Assembly: GCF_000315625.1 (NCBI RefSeq)
Contig: NW_005434664.1
Span: 398,345-462,344 of the forward strand
Origin: Guillardia theta CCMP2712
Taxonomy: Eukaryota; Protista; Cryptophyta
Direction of reading: 5' to 3'
DNA: 64,000 bases
Part shown: piece by piece, positions 49,420 to 59,839 of the stretch
How positions within the stretch are numbered: the stretch's first letter is position 1
How the letters are laid out: each line of letters starts with the position of its first letter
The notes under the pieces: model-generated
The model's database searches: none
What the model was told of the DNA's origin: nothing
What the model saw: the letters and a program-made list of their open reading frames with translations, nothing else
Position numbers and translations under genes: made by a program

Positions 49420-52400
49420 TCAGAGCAGCATATCCGGTAAGGGGTCTCCGAAGAGAAATTCACCAAGGAGCCTCCACCGATTCAAAGGCAGAACTTTCGT
49501 CAGCAAATCGCCAGGCTGATAAGAAGTATGAATCTTTTCTGGATAGAGCTCGTCCTTTTCTACCAAATCAACAGCATACTTCGTTCGAATATCAATGTGT
49601 TTGAGTCGACTATAACTTCGCTTGTCCCACAAAAGCCTCAGACATGGTTCATTGTCGATTAACAAGAGAGTAGGACGAGTCTGCGTAAATCCCATCTGAC
49701 CCAAGAGATTTCTATAAAGCTTGACTAGTTTCGCGCATGTGGTGGCAGCATAAATTTCAGCTTCTGAAGAACTCAGGGCAACAACCTTCTGCATTTTTGA
49801 ACCGAAGACGACTACCCCACCATTCAGAACGATTCCATATCCGCTTTGACTCCGTCTCGTAATAATCTCGGTACCCCAACCAGCATCACTGAATGCAATC
49901 ATCTCATTGACAAAACACTCCTGGTGGTAAGATACTCCGTGACAATGGTATACGATCTGAACCTCCCGAGTAGTGTAAAGGTACTGTAGAAGATGAATTA
50001 AGGCATCCATATCGCACTGCCTAGGAGCCCGAGCAAAGCGACTAAGGACGCTCGTCGCGAATGCGATATCAACCCGCGTACAATTTGCCACGTAGAGAAT
50101 GGACCCCAGAAGACTCTGATAAGTGCGGACTTCCTTCTTGTTCAACAACTTACCCTCCAAGTGATAAGTCTTGAGATAGTGACCAGGTAATACCGTTTTG
50201 ACACCTCTGGCAACGATTTCAAAGCGTTCAACAATCTTTTCAATGAAATGCTGTTGTGACAAAGTTATCCGACCCTGATCGTCATTCTGTTCTATTTTAA
50301 TGCCCAAGAAGGTACCTGTTGCCTCACTCCCCGAAAAGTCGAATACTGTGTTGAGCTTCTCAAGAAACTCAATCTTAACTGCTTCAGTTTGAGAGACAAT
50401 GAGTAAGTCATCCACGAAGACAGTCAGAAGCAAGACGTCCCCCGCACAGTTGGAGTATCGGTAGATGATCTCATCATGTCCTATCCCACTTGCTCCCACC
50501 GTCTTCAACACCTGCGTGAACTTAAGATACCATCTCCTTGGTGCAATGCGAAGTCCATAGAGCGACTTCAAGACTTTGAGGAGGCACTCAGGAGGAAGAC
50601 TCATGATATCTGGAGGAATCAAATACACAGGAACCTCCAAGTCACCATACAAGAAAGCAGCAGAGATATCCCTGAATGTGATTCTCCAACGGTTGCCTGC
50701 CGCGATGCTCAGCAAGAGCCGGATATTGTCCAACGATGTAGTCGGTGCAAACAATTCTTCAGATGAAGGAAGTAAGTTGCCCATGATAACTAGCCGCCCC
50801 TTTCGTTTCAAGATCTTGCCCTTCAAGTCTCGTTTTGAAGCATACACCCACAAGGCGCGAGCAAGGACGGAATGATTTGACTCCCTGTTTTTCTGATCAC
50901 GCGTAACAACTTCCCAGACCCCACGACTTTCGATCTTCGCAATTTCCTCCTTTTCAGCCTGCTCCCAAAGATGCCGATCCGGACGACGTAACATCTCTGA
51001 CCTTGTCTTGGGATCTGGTAACTTGTCAAAACTACTTTCGTTCTCCACATCTCCTGCATCGCAAGCCGCTGTCATCGCGTAATCTGCCTGATTCTCAGGC
51101 ATTGCAGCTGGATTGTCACGGTCGGAAGACATCAGAGATAACAGGTCAGACGCCAGCTCCACCGCGTCCCATACGGGAGAGACCAACGCTAGATTCGCCA
51201 CAAGAAGACGCGTATCCCTGAAAGTAGGGTCCACATTAGCACTGACCTGTGGGGCAGATGACACAGGATCGACATGCTGTAAACGAGTTTTGTACATCTC
51301 ATCCCTCCATACTGGAACAAAACGCTGGGATGCTGGCTGAAGGCTTGTCCTGTCTTCCCCCCTGTCCCAAACATACAAGATCTCTTCAGATTCAGTCGAC
51401 CCCTGCACAATATGTGTAACTTGCAGATACTGTGGAAATTTCTTGTGCTGGGAAAGTACAACCACTTCAGGCGAACCCCCAACTGTAGCTTCGACAACAT
51501 CCATGATCCCATCCGCTGCACGATCAAGACAGGGTTTAAAAACTTTGGTATGGTCGGTCATATCACCAAAGACGTTCGGTGGAAAGCTACACGAGTAATA
51601 ATCTGCTAACATGCAGACCTCTGATATTGTCTCCCCACTTGTAAGCACCACCATTGCCTTCTGTTCGGTTTGTTCCAAAAACTTGATGTCAGGATCAGTG
51701 ACAGACCGTAACACCCAGTAATTGTCGAGAGTTGGGAAAACAATCCGCGCGAGAAACTTTCCCTCCTTGAAAACCATCTGCAAAATTTTGCCTTGCTCTA
51801 CTTGACCATTTACAAGAACTTCGACATCTCGATTGACATATTTGCTTTCCAAGACCCCTCGCTCCGCCTTGAAATCCCTCCGTGTTCTTCTGCCTGCTGG
51901 AGGAACTGGAGACATTGCACCGTCAGGCACATATTCGGTATCATCCCTCAACCGATGCTCTCCTGTATCCTCCCGTTGATCTCCAGATGTCAGGCTTTGG
52001 ACCGAGGAAGGTGGAAATTCCAATTGGAGGCGCTTGCTCGCGGAAACTTCACTTGCGTCAGGACCAGAGCCTCCCTGACAGTGTCGCTTCCTGCCAGACG
52101 TTGCAACTTCCTCAGGAATTTGCAATTCTGTTTCACTCGCATTTTCCGAGGAGTCTTCGTCGTCGTCAGATGCCACTGGTGCACAAGGTACTAGTTCCTT
52201 CAACAATTCATCCTCCACATTAGATGCCTGAAAACGTCGGCAACGTAATGGAAAATACATCTCGTCAAACGTAAGATTATTCGTATGGACGATTCTATCA
52301 TGCTCGATATCCCAAACCAAATACCCCACCTTATATCCAGAGAAAGCGCACGCGTTTCCCAGATTTAAACCATGAATTGCTGGATCATCCACCTTTGACG

Positions 52401-55400
52401 TGCGTAGTTCATTCTTGAAGAAGGTGCTGCACCCAAAAACCTTGAGCTTGCGATAGTCAAACTGCTCGGTTGTATATATCAAGTATGGTGAGGAATACCC
52501 TAGATTTCGTCCACTAGGCAGAATGTTGTACCGTAAAACTGCCTGCTGTACGGAATATTCCCATTTGCTCCGGGGTACTCCGCTCTGACGTAGTAACGTC
52601 CGATGAATGGACATTACGCTTCTGATTCCACGTTCAGCGAACGCATTGTAGACCTGAGAGTACTCTGGAATTTTGTCATGTCGTATCCCATGATCAACGA
52701 AAAAGCTCTCCAGCTCCACAGAGCTGAATTCTGAACCGTTGTCAGATACAATCTTCTGTACCTTAGGACGAGAGCTGTCACGATCCTCTTGTAACAGTAT
52801 TTCCTTGAGGATAGCAGCCGTCTGACTTTTCGTGCGCATAGGTCGTACTCGCACAAATCCGGAAAAGACGTCCACAATGATCAAGAAATATCTATAACCA
52901 CCAGGCTCGGATTGTACAATTATGTCTTTCAAATCCATATGCCAGACTTGATTGACCTCTGATGCCCGCTCCTGTCGGAAATCCGACTGTCGATGGATCG
53001 GCCGTGAGACGAACTTTGCTATTCTACAGGTGTGACAAGGAGATTTCTTTAGGCGCCTGTCGTACGTGATATACTTCACCGAATCGGCTAGTAATTTTTG
53101 AATCTTTGCTTCCAGATGTCCGAGCCGAAGGTGCCAGATGGCCGATTCTGTCGCAGCTGACAATCGGGACTGCTCACACATGTTCTCCTCTGGCTTGAGA
53201 GTCACTAAACTTGATGGACCCCCACTGTAATTATCACCATTGCTCGTACCAGCGCAAGAGGTTGTACTGTTGCACGCCACACTAATCTTCCCATCTCCCA
53301 TGAAAACCGTCTGCAAAAAGTACAACCTATCTCGTTGGAATACATCGATTTTCAATGCACCATCTTCTGAGCAAATGTAAGACTTTAGGGCACTCCTGGA
53401 GCCCCGTGATAACATGTGGTAGTCAGTCCCAAGAACATCATCCAAGCTAAGCAACGATATCGGGACAAGCGGGCATACGCGAACGTTGACAATAATCTCG
53501 TCCAGACAGGTGTTAGTTGTTGGACAAACCAGTTGCAGTCGTAATTTTCCAACCTTATCACAGACGACAGTACCTCCAGCGGTAAGCACCTGAAATTCAG
53601 GTCCAGCTTGGACATCAAACAACATAGACTCTTCCTTGACCATGGAGATATTAGCACCAGAGTCCAGCAAGAACGTATGGCCTCCAGCTCCTTCTTTCTC
53701 CTTTACCTGCAATGCAATTTCCTGCAATTCCTCGATGGTAGACGTGGAGTCGAGACCAAATGTGAAATTTGCTTTCCACGCTCCTTGCCTTCGATTAGCC
53801 TGTGACGCAGATTCCGTTGCATTCTGGGCCGATGAGCGTTCAAATGGATTTGCAGGAACAGAAGATTTCTTTTCTGACTCATTCCGCTGGCCGTCTGCGT
53901 CAGCCTTCTGCTGGTGACTGTGTGAACTTGAAGAAGCATTCGCTGCCATGCGTTGAGCTGCCTGAATCAACGCTTCCCCCATCTTGCGCGTGGTTTCAGC
54001 GTCCACAACTCCCCCTGACAACAAATTCTGCAAGACAGATGACGGTTGTTCACTTTCAACCCCTCGAGGGTTAAACCGCTGATTTTTGTAGTTGCCATTA
54101 TTTTGATTGTAGTTGTTGTTATTGTAGTTGTGGTTGTGATTGAAATTTCCATGACCTCGACCACCCTTCCAACCTTTGCCTCCATGTCCTTTCTGTCCAC
54201 CCTGACCTCTACCATAGCCTCCTTTGAAACTTCCTCTCCCTCCATTATGGTACCCATCCTGATTCCGCCTTCCCCTGCCACGGTAACCCGTATGGTTAGG
54301 TCCGCCGTCCCCCTCGCCTCCGCGGCCAGGGAAACCACCACGGTATGAGCTAGGGTCAAACGCCGCCTGATCTTGTCCCGCCCTACCAGGTCCTGAAGGA
54401 GCTTGACCAGAAGCCTGGTAAAACGTTGGGACGTTCCCGACCGGACCTTGGATAGGAAATGGATACATAGAGGGTTGACCTTGAGCATAGAAATTGAAAA
54501 ACGGGTCTTGGCTGGGAAACATGATACCTTGGGGATATGATGGAGGTATACTCCCACGAACTGGGTAATTACCATACCATTTGGGATCGACGTGAGAATT
54601 CTCTCCCGAATCCGCTTGACCACTATTTTCGCCTGACCCCGAGGATCTCTTCTTGCCCACTGCAACTTCTCCGACAGCCTGCGGTTCATTCGGTACCATC
54701 GGTTCACTTGCCACAGTGATATTCACCACTGACACGTCTCCCTTCGCATCCATCGCGGGCGTCACGGTCGTAGTCGTCTTGCTTCTAGTTTTTAAGATGC
54801 GCCCCCAGTGGAATATTTCGTCGAGAGAAATCTTTTCTGGTCTCATATTACTCTTCTTCCAATTTCGCAATTCTCTATTCAATGCCAATGACTGCAACGA
54901 TTCACAAGTCGATTCTTTACACCTGGCATGCAAGAGTTCAGCGATCTGGATCTCTAACGGCCCCATCCTTTGGTGTGCCCCCACAACACCTTGAATACTA
55001 TCCTTGAGATTCTTAAACAGTAGCTTGATTTTGTCCACGTTCCTCCAGAAGGCTTCTTCAGACTCAAGTGGCTGTTTCGCTAGCGCTCTGAGCTGATCTC
55101 TCCCTTCGTCCTCAGTAAGCTCGATAAGCTCAGCTCCACTTCGTTGCTTTACATTCCAGCGTACCAGTGCCAAAGTTTTGAAGAATGCCAAAGGATAGTT
55201 GCCTCCTCCTGACATCTGCCACTCTATGTCGAAATCATCCTTTAGCTTAACTCGAAAATAACTGTTCGTGCTGACAAGTACCTCAGCAATATCCTCAAAT
55301 AAGACTTCCACCTCCTGTCGATCAGCTGAGGATCTGAACAACCTCGGTGATATTTGGTACTTGTGTGGAGAGAAAACCACAGATGTATCGAGTGGATTAC

Positions 55401-55845
55401 CCATCTCTCCTTCCTCTGAAGCACCATCATTCACATCCTCGCTGGCTGCGATTGCCTCCTCGAATTTTCCTCGCAACTTCTTAAACTTCTCAAGAGCATC
55501 CTTGAATTTCTTCCCATTCTTCCAAATGTACCCAGCATGCAGAAACAACGCCGTGACCTGAATCTTCCACTCCAGCGAAGAGAATTTTTCAAGACCTTCT
55601 GGAGACGACTCCCACATTTCATGAAATTCTCCAACAAACGATCCAGTCTCGTCAATCGGAAACAAGTCCAACAGTTTTAAGAAACAAGCCCCAAGATTTG
55701 GACGAAAACGACTCATGGCACCTGAGAAAGGAAGGAACAGGTCCTCGAGTTTTTCCTTGGAGGTAACCTTCCCATGCTTCAGCTTGTCGACCTGAACATC
55801 ACCATGGCTTCGTTTCAACTCCTCTTGCAGATCTGGCATGCTCAT
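49420..55845 (-). CDS. Copia Gag-Pol polyprotein
   Basis: Protease LLDSGA; HHCC WHLRLGH..CHTC; integrase WHMDL / SDNGSEF / AERGIR; RT FLYG, KSLYGL, FVDDLL; RNase H FSDAGW, SSSEAE, IDN, DLLTK; first ATG at 55845. Confidence 0.97.
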   Translation of the reverse strand: MSMPDLQEELKRSHGDVQVDKLKHGKVTSKEKLEDLFLPFSGAMSRFRPNLGACFLKLLDLFPIDETGSFVGEFHEMWESSPEGLEKFSSLEWKIQVTALFLHAGYIWKNGKKFKDALEKFKKLRGKFEEAIAASEDVNDGASEEGEMGNPLDTSVVFSPHKYQISPRLFRSSADRQEVEVLFEDIAEVLVSTNSYFRVKLKDDFDIEWQMSGGGNYPLAFFKTLALVRWNVKQRSGAELIELTEDEGRDQLRALAKQPLESEEAFWRNVDKIKLLFKNLKDSIQGVVGAHQRMGPLEIQIAELLHARCKESTCESLQSLALNRELRNWKKSNMRPEKISLDEIFHWGRILKTRSKTTTTVTPAMDAKGDVSVVNITVASEPMVPNEPQAVGEVAVGKKRSSGSGENSGQADSGENSHVDPKWYGNYPVRGSIPPSYPQGIMFPSQDPFFNFYAQGQPSMYPFPIQGPVGNVPTFYQASGQAPSGPGRAGQDQAAFDPSSYRGGFPGRGGEGDGGPNHTGYRGRGRRNQDGYHNGGRGSFKGGYGRGQGGQKGHGGKGWKGGRGHGNFNHNHNYNNNNYNQNNGNYKNQRFNPRGVESEQPSSVLQNLLSGGVVDAETTRKMGEALIQAAQRMAANASSSSHSHQQKADADGQRNESEKKSSVPANPFERSSAQNATESASQANRRQGAWKANFTFGLDSTSTIEELQEIALQVKEKEGAGGHTFLLDSGANISMVKEESMLFDVQAGPEFQVLTAGGTVVCDKVGKLRLQLVCPTTNTCLDEIIVNVRVCPLVPISLLSLDDVLGTDYHMLSRGSRSALKSYICSEDGALKIDVFQRDRLYFLQTVFMGDGKISVACNSTTSCAGTSNGDNYSGGPSSLVTLKPEENMCEQSRLSAATESAIWHLRLGHLEAKIQKLLADSVKYITYDRRLKKSPCHTCRIAKFVSRPIHRQSDFRQERASEVNQVWHMDLKDIIVQSEPGGYRYFLIIVDVFSGFVRVRPMRTKSQTAAILKEILLQEDRDSSRPKVQKIVSDNGSEFSSVELESFFVDHGIRHDKIPEYSQVYNAFAERGIRSVMSIHRTLLRQSGVPRSKWEYSVQQAVLRYNILPSGRNLGYSSPYLIYTTEQFDYRKLKVFGCSTFFKNELRTSKVDDPAIHGLNLGNACAFSGYKVGYLVWDIEHDRIVHTNNLTFDEMYFPLRCRRFQASNVEDELLKELVPCAPVASDDDEDSSENASETELQIPEEVATSGRKRHCQGGSGPDASEVSASKRLQLEFPPSSVQSLTSGDQREDTGEHRLRDDTEYVPDGAMSPVPPAGRRTRRDFKAERGVLESKYVNRDVEVLVNGQVEQGKILQMVFKEGKFLARIVFPTLDNYWVLRSVTDPDIKFLEQTEQKAMVVLTSGETISEVCMLADYYSCSFPPNVFGDMTDHTKVFKPCLDRAADGIMDVVEATVGGSPEVVVLSQHKKFPQYLQVTHIVQGSTESEEILYVWDRGEDRTSLQPASQRFVPVWRDEMYKTRLQHVDPVSSAPQVSANVDPTFRDTRLLVANLALVSPVWDAVELASDLLSLMSSDRDNPAAMPENQADYAMTAACDAGDVENESSFDKLPDPKTRSEMLRRPDRHLWEQAEKEEIAKIESRGVWEVVTRDQKNRESNHSVLARALWVYASKRDLKGKILKRKGRLVIMGNLLPSSEELFAPTTSLDNIRLLLSIAAGNRWRITFRDISAAFLYGDLEVPVYLIPPDIMSLPPECLLKVLKSLYGLRIAPRRWYLKFTQVLKTVGASGIGHDEIIYRYSNCAGDVLLLTVFVDDLLIVSQTEAVKIEFLEKLNTVFDFSGSEATGTFLGIKIEQNDDQGRITLSQQHFIEKIVERFEIVARGVKTVLPGHYLKTYHLEGKLLNKKEVRTYQSLLGSILYVANCTRVDIAFATSVLSRFARAPRQCDMDALIHLLQYLYTTREVQIVYHCHGVSYHQECFVNEMIAFSDAGWGTEIITRRSQSGYGIVLNGGVVVFGSKMQKVVALSSSEAEIYAATTCAKLVKLYRNLLGQMGFTQTRPTLLLIDNEPCLRLLWDKRSYSRLKHIDIRTKYAVDLVEKDELYPEKIHTSYQPGDLLTKVLPLNRWRLLGEFLFGDPLPDMLL

Positions 55846-56043
55846 GATCGTCAACTTGGAGTTACCAATACCGTTCCAAAAAAATGAGTAACAGCGTACA
55901 GTATAACTTAAAGAGCCTTCAAACTCGTTGTCAATTCGACGCACAAAGACCAAGAGTCCTCAAACTCGTTGTCCTTGGAATCTTATCGTAGAGTCTTTTT
56001 GTATTCCTTTGTTCGCGAATACAAAAAGAAAATTTTCTTTTTG

Positions 56044-56533
56044 TATTGGAATCAATTCCTGACTCCTAGAGTCTGTGCACAGATGAATGACTAGTAGAAC
56101 AGCTCAACAGCTGACTGATAAGTCCAAAGACCAAGACTCACAGATGATGTGCGCACGAAGACACCAATGACTTTCACAGCCAACCAAACACCTCAGATAA
56201 CTCAGATCAACTTCCCAACAATCCCCAGCACTTTATTCCCAACACTCGTAGCAGCAAGACCAACCAAACAGCTTCCCTTCACACACCACCGCCTTACTTC
56301 CACCACTGTACGAGTGCTGCCTCTTCGACAGCCGGCGCCTCTTGATTCCTCCGGCGCCGCCTCAGCTTCCCCAGGCTCCAACCAACCGGATCTTCTAAGT
56401 CACAGACTAAGCTCCAGCCCACTAGCTTGGACCTGCAGGCTTCACTTGGTTCACAACCTGATTAGACGCATCCCTTGAACTTATCGCGTCTGAAAGAACT
56501 TCTGAGAGGTTTGTCAGAACCTGAGTTCTTACA
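56044..56533 (-). repeat. 5' LTR (490 bp)
   Basis: Begins TGTAAG and ends CCAATA on the minus strand. Confidence 0.97.
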
Positions 56534-56787
56534 AGCCTTTAACTGAGAGATCACTTAACTACCGTGTACTAGCCCGGCGTGGTGGCCCCGCCATGTGAAA
56601 TCCGATGGGCCACTGACAGTCACGCCTTGATACGACTCTTTTGTTCCAGTGTGCCTCGTGACTCAGCGCAAACACACGTCGACTCAAGTCATGATGGCAG
56701 TCAATTGTCCACGTCGAAGCTAGTCTCAGTCAGTCTTGACGCCCAGTTTACCTGCAGTGAAAGTTCTCGAACTTGGTTAAGCCTGGC

Positions 56788-57600
56788 TTAACTCTCGTTA
56801 AAGTATCTCAAATCCCTGTGCACGTGATCAACTGATGCACAATCACAACGTTTCATACCTCCCTCGTGACCAGGAGTGTGACAAAAATCCATCCCACTGG
56901 TTTCCTCCTGCCGCACTAAAGCAATTTTACTGTCGATCATCACGCGGTCCCCTAAACCTCTAGCCCCTTGCTCCTCCTCCACGGCCTGCGAATCATCGCT
57001 GCTGTTCCACACATCGGTTCTCAGCTCAATCGCTATCGGCCATATTGCAACCATCATGATCCCTGCCTTTGAAGCTTCGCAAGAATGCTCGAGCCGAGCT
57101 CACAGGCCATGTGAGAACCAAAATCCCATCATTGCTAGAAGACGATGCTCCTGCTCGACAGATTCAAGAAGATGCGGAGAAAAGTGGGTAACCATGCTGT
57201 ACAGCCGAAGATTATCTTGCTCAATGACTGCGCTCCCTTTTGAGAAAACTAGCCATGCAGTTGTACCAGCAGTCAGATATCCCGAAACAAACAGTCCGTC
57301 CTTGAAGATAGTCACGCCCTCCATTGACAAGAACGGGAACATAGTGGCTGGGGGTGGATATGATGACCTTGGCAGAGCAGTGCGTTCGGGTCTGTCAAGA
57401 TCTATCAGGAATGATGGAAACTTTGTGCGAGACTCAACCGGTGAATGGTTTCCTGTCGAACGACGTACGCAGTCGACCGTCAGTGCAGGTTGTCTCAACA
57501 ATTGCATCGTTTACACGTCTGCCAAAGATATCCTTGCTGGGGTGTATTACTTAGAATGACGTAGAATGGTGTGGAAAGTCTCAGCCCTTGTAAAGATAGT
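56788..57600 (-). CDS. Hypothetical multi-exon protein
   Basis: Coding-like segments (TMFPFLSMEGVTIFKDGLF; MMVAIWPIAIELRTDVW) with plausible short introns; no domain recognised. Confidence 0.3.
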
Positions 57601-57721
57601 CGCATGGATGCATGATTTATTTTGTTGAATAAAAATGTAATGATTTACCAATTCTACGCACAGGCAGCGCAACCCTTCATGGAGCTATTTGCTCTGACCT
57701 TCGCTCAAGAGATTCTGTTTC

Positions 57722-58836
57722 TTATTTTCGTCGAAAGTAGATCCAAACCATCACAAGGATGAAGACTGTTCCTATCATTCCTGCATCGAAATCTATTAAT
57801 ATCCTGAACATGCAAGCAAATCAAACAGGCCAATCAGGGAGTTGAAGAAGGAAAAAACACCACAACATCTCAATTTTTTGTGCAATACCGGCGAACAACA
57901 ATATGATATCCATCGCTTGTCGTTTTTCAATAACTGTTTGCCAGGCGTTAACTTATATAGTCATCATTTGTGGACTGACCTCTTATGAGGGAATTGGAAA
58001 CACCAAGTGTATTCATCACATCCAGAACCTTTCAGCACGTTATCAAAGAACAGCTCTTAAAAGAGATTTGTGTAACAAAATATGACCTTCTTGTGTACAT
58101 TTTTCAATTGTTCTCTTTGACTGAACAGCACATGAGTCCAGAACAGATCTGAAGGAACAAACAACTTACATCCCAAGGTTTGATAGAATTTTAGCCCCTC
58201 TCTCTTCCAACTCATCGATAGCCTAGAAAAAGATCATGGAGGCATCATCATAAAGCCATATATAACATTTCCCAAAGCACTTACAGCATGGGACCTTTGT
58301 AAAGCCATGCGAGATTCGACATCTAGGCTTTCTTGATCTGAAGGCTGACCTCCCTGAATATCTTTGAATAACTGAGCTCGTTCTTCTTCCTGCTTCTCTT
58401 TCCCAAGCAATCTGCATAATCAGGATGAGGATTAAATCTCACACATTTTTTTAACCAACCTCTTTCTTTCCCTTTCATAGAGTCTTGACAAAGATTCAAA
58501 CTCTTCGCGGAGATTTCCAACCTTCAGTGAACCAAGTCAAAACGAGGGAGGCTAGGCTGAAGATACACCTTATTTTTCCACAGATCTTTTTTCGCTGCAG
58601 GTTCACCGAGCACAAGCTGTTCCATGGAATTCTGCAGCACGAATGAACAAATGGGAAAAGAAACAAACCAGCATACTAACCACAAGGCCTTTGGTGTCAA
58701 TTAGTTTGTTTTTTGCATCTTCCAATAATACTTTTGCTTGCTCAGGTGGGCTCGTAGACACTTTGGTCATTATGCTTTCAATCGTCATCGATAACTTGCG
58801 TGAGTTTTTATATTGCTCATCCAACGTGAGGCTCAT
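57722..58836 (-). CDS. Golgi Qb-SNARE of the membrin/Bos1/GOSR2 family
   Basis: Spliced KVLDVMNTLGVSNSLIR/VIEKRQAMDIILLFAG/MIGTVFILVMVWIYFRRK-stop matches the membrin SNARE end plus tail anchor; N-terminus MSLTLDEQYKNSRKL. Confidence 0.8.
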
Positions 58837-59146
58837 CGTTGCTGTTCGCAGTTTCAGAGTTTCAGCACAAAAAAATCTAAGTTCATTCATAAATGATCAT
58901 TTCGATTGGAAGGGAACAGCTTTCTGTTTCAATCACTGGCTAAACCATAGGTGCCTTCCTACCTCTGATGCCATGACTGATGTCTATCAGCATGATTTTT
59001 GGCATAGACGCCAACTCTCACAGACATGTCTGTAATTCACAACAGTTTGACCAAAGGCAATCTTGACAAATCTCAGAGCTATTCCTCAGGCGTGACCGCT
59101 TGTCTTGTAGCTCCATCTTGCATCAATCTGTTTCCTTGCCTCCCGA

Positions 59147-59470
59147 GCTCCTCTCCTTGACCTCTCGTCTCGCTGGCTCCTCTCCTTGACCTCTCGTCTC
59201 GCTGGCTCTGTCTCGCTAGCTCCTCCCCGCCAGCTCTCGTCTCCCTAGCTCTCGTCTCCCTAGCTCTCGTCTCCCTGGCTTACTCCTTTTCATTGGCTCT
59301 GGTCTCCTAAGCACGCTCCTCCTTAGCTCTCGTCTCCTCGCCGGGCTCAGACTCTCTGTAAGTTCCGTGCACAACCCCGCCCTTGCCATTTCCTGCTTCC
59401 ACGTCCTTCGATGCCAACATTCTGAGGCGAACCCCGGATGATGCCAACATTCTGAGGCGAACCCCGGAGA
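59147..59470. repeat. Cluster of short tandem repeats (29-bp x2, 15-bp x3, 30-bp x2)
   Basis: ctcctctccttgacctctcgtctcgctgg x2; ctagctctcgtctcc units; gatgccaacattctgaggcgaaccccgga x2. Confidence 0.8.
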
Positions 59471-59839
59471 GCCGTCCGGGCCCCTGCTCGGTACTACGGT
59501 AGTACGGCGGTCAAACTTAGTAGCACTGCGGTACTGATCATTGAGAGCGGGACAAGATACTGGCGGACCAACTGCCACTACTGGTCGGCACCAGGGGTGG
59601 GGGTGCATGGTACGGTAGTGAGACATGGTGGTGAGTGTCAACTGTCGGGGTACTCCGTGTTGGGTGGGGTGGGTGGGTGGGTGCACCGGTCCCATCCCCC
59701 CGACTCTTGGTGAGTTCCGGGTCTAAATTGGCGGAGAAGGGGGTAACCAGGGGCCGAGAGTGACGAGGGAATCCGAAGGGTGGGGTGGTGCAAAAAGGAA
59801 ATAGGGGTTGTAGAGGGACCAGGTCCGTCAACATTCAGC

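Larger units (their letters stand above)
47456..56533 (-). mobile_element. Full-length Ty1/copia LTR retrotransposon
   Basis: Two 490-bp LTRs; 5-bp TSD AGCCT at 47451-47455 and 56534-56538; single gag-pol ORF in PR-INT-RT-RNaseH order. Confidence 0.97.

Noticed and set aside
59147-59470. Short repeats considered as a CRISPR array
   Set aside because: Head-to-tail tandem units without unique spacers, no cas genes, eukaryotic context
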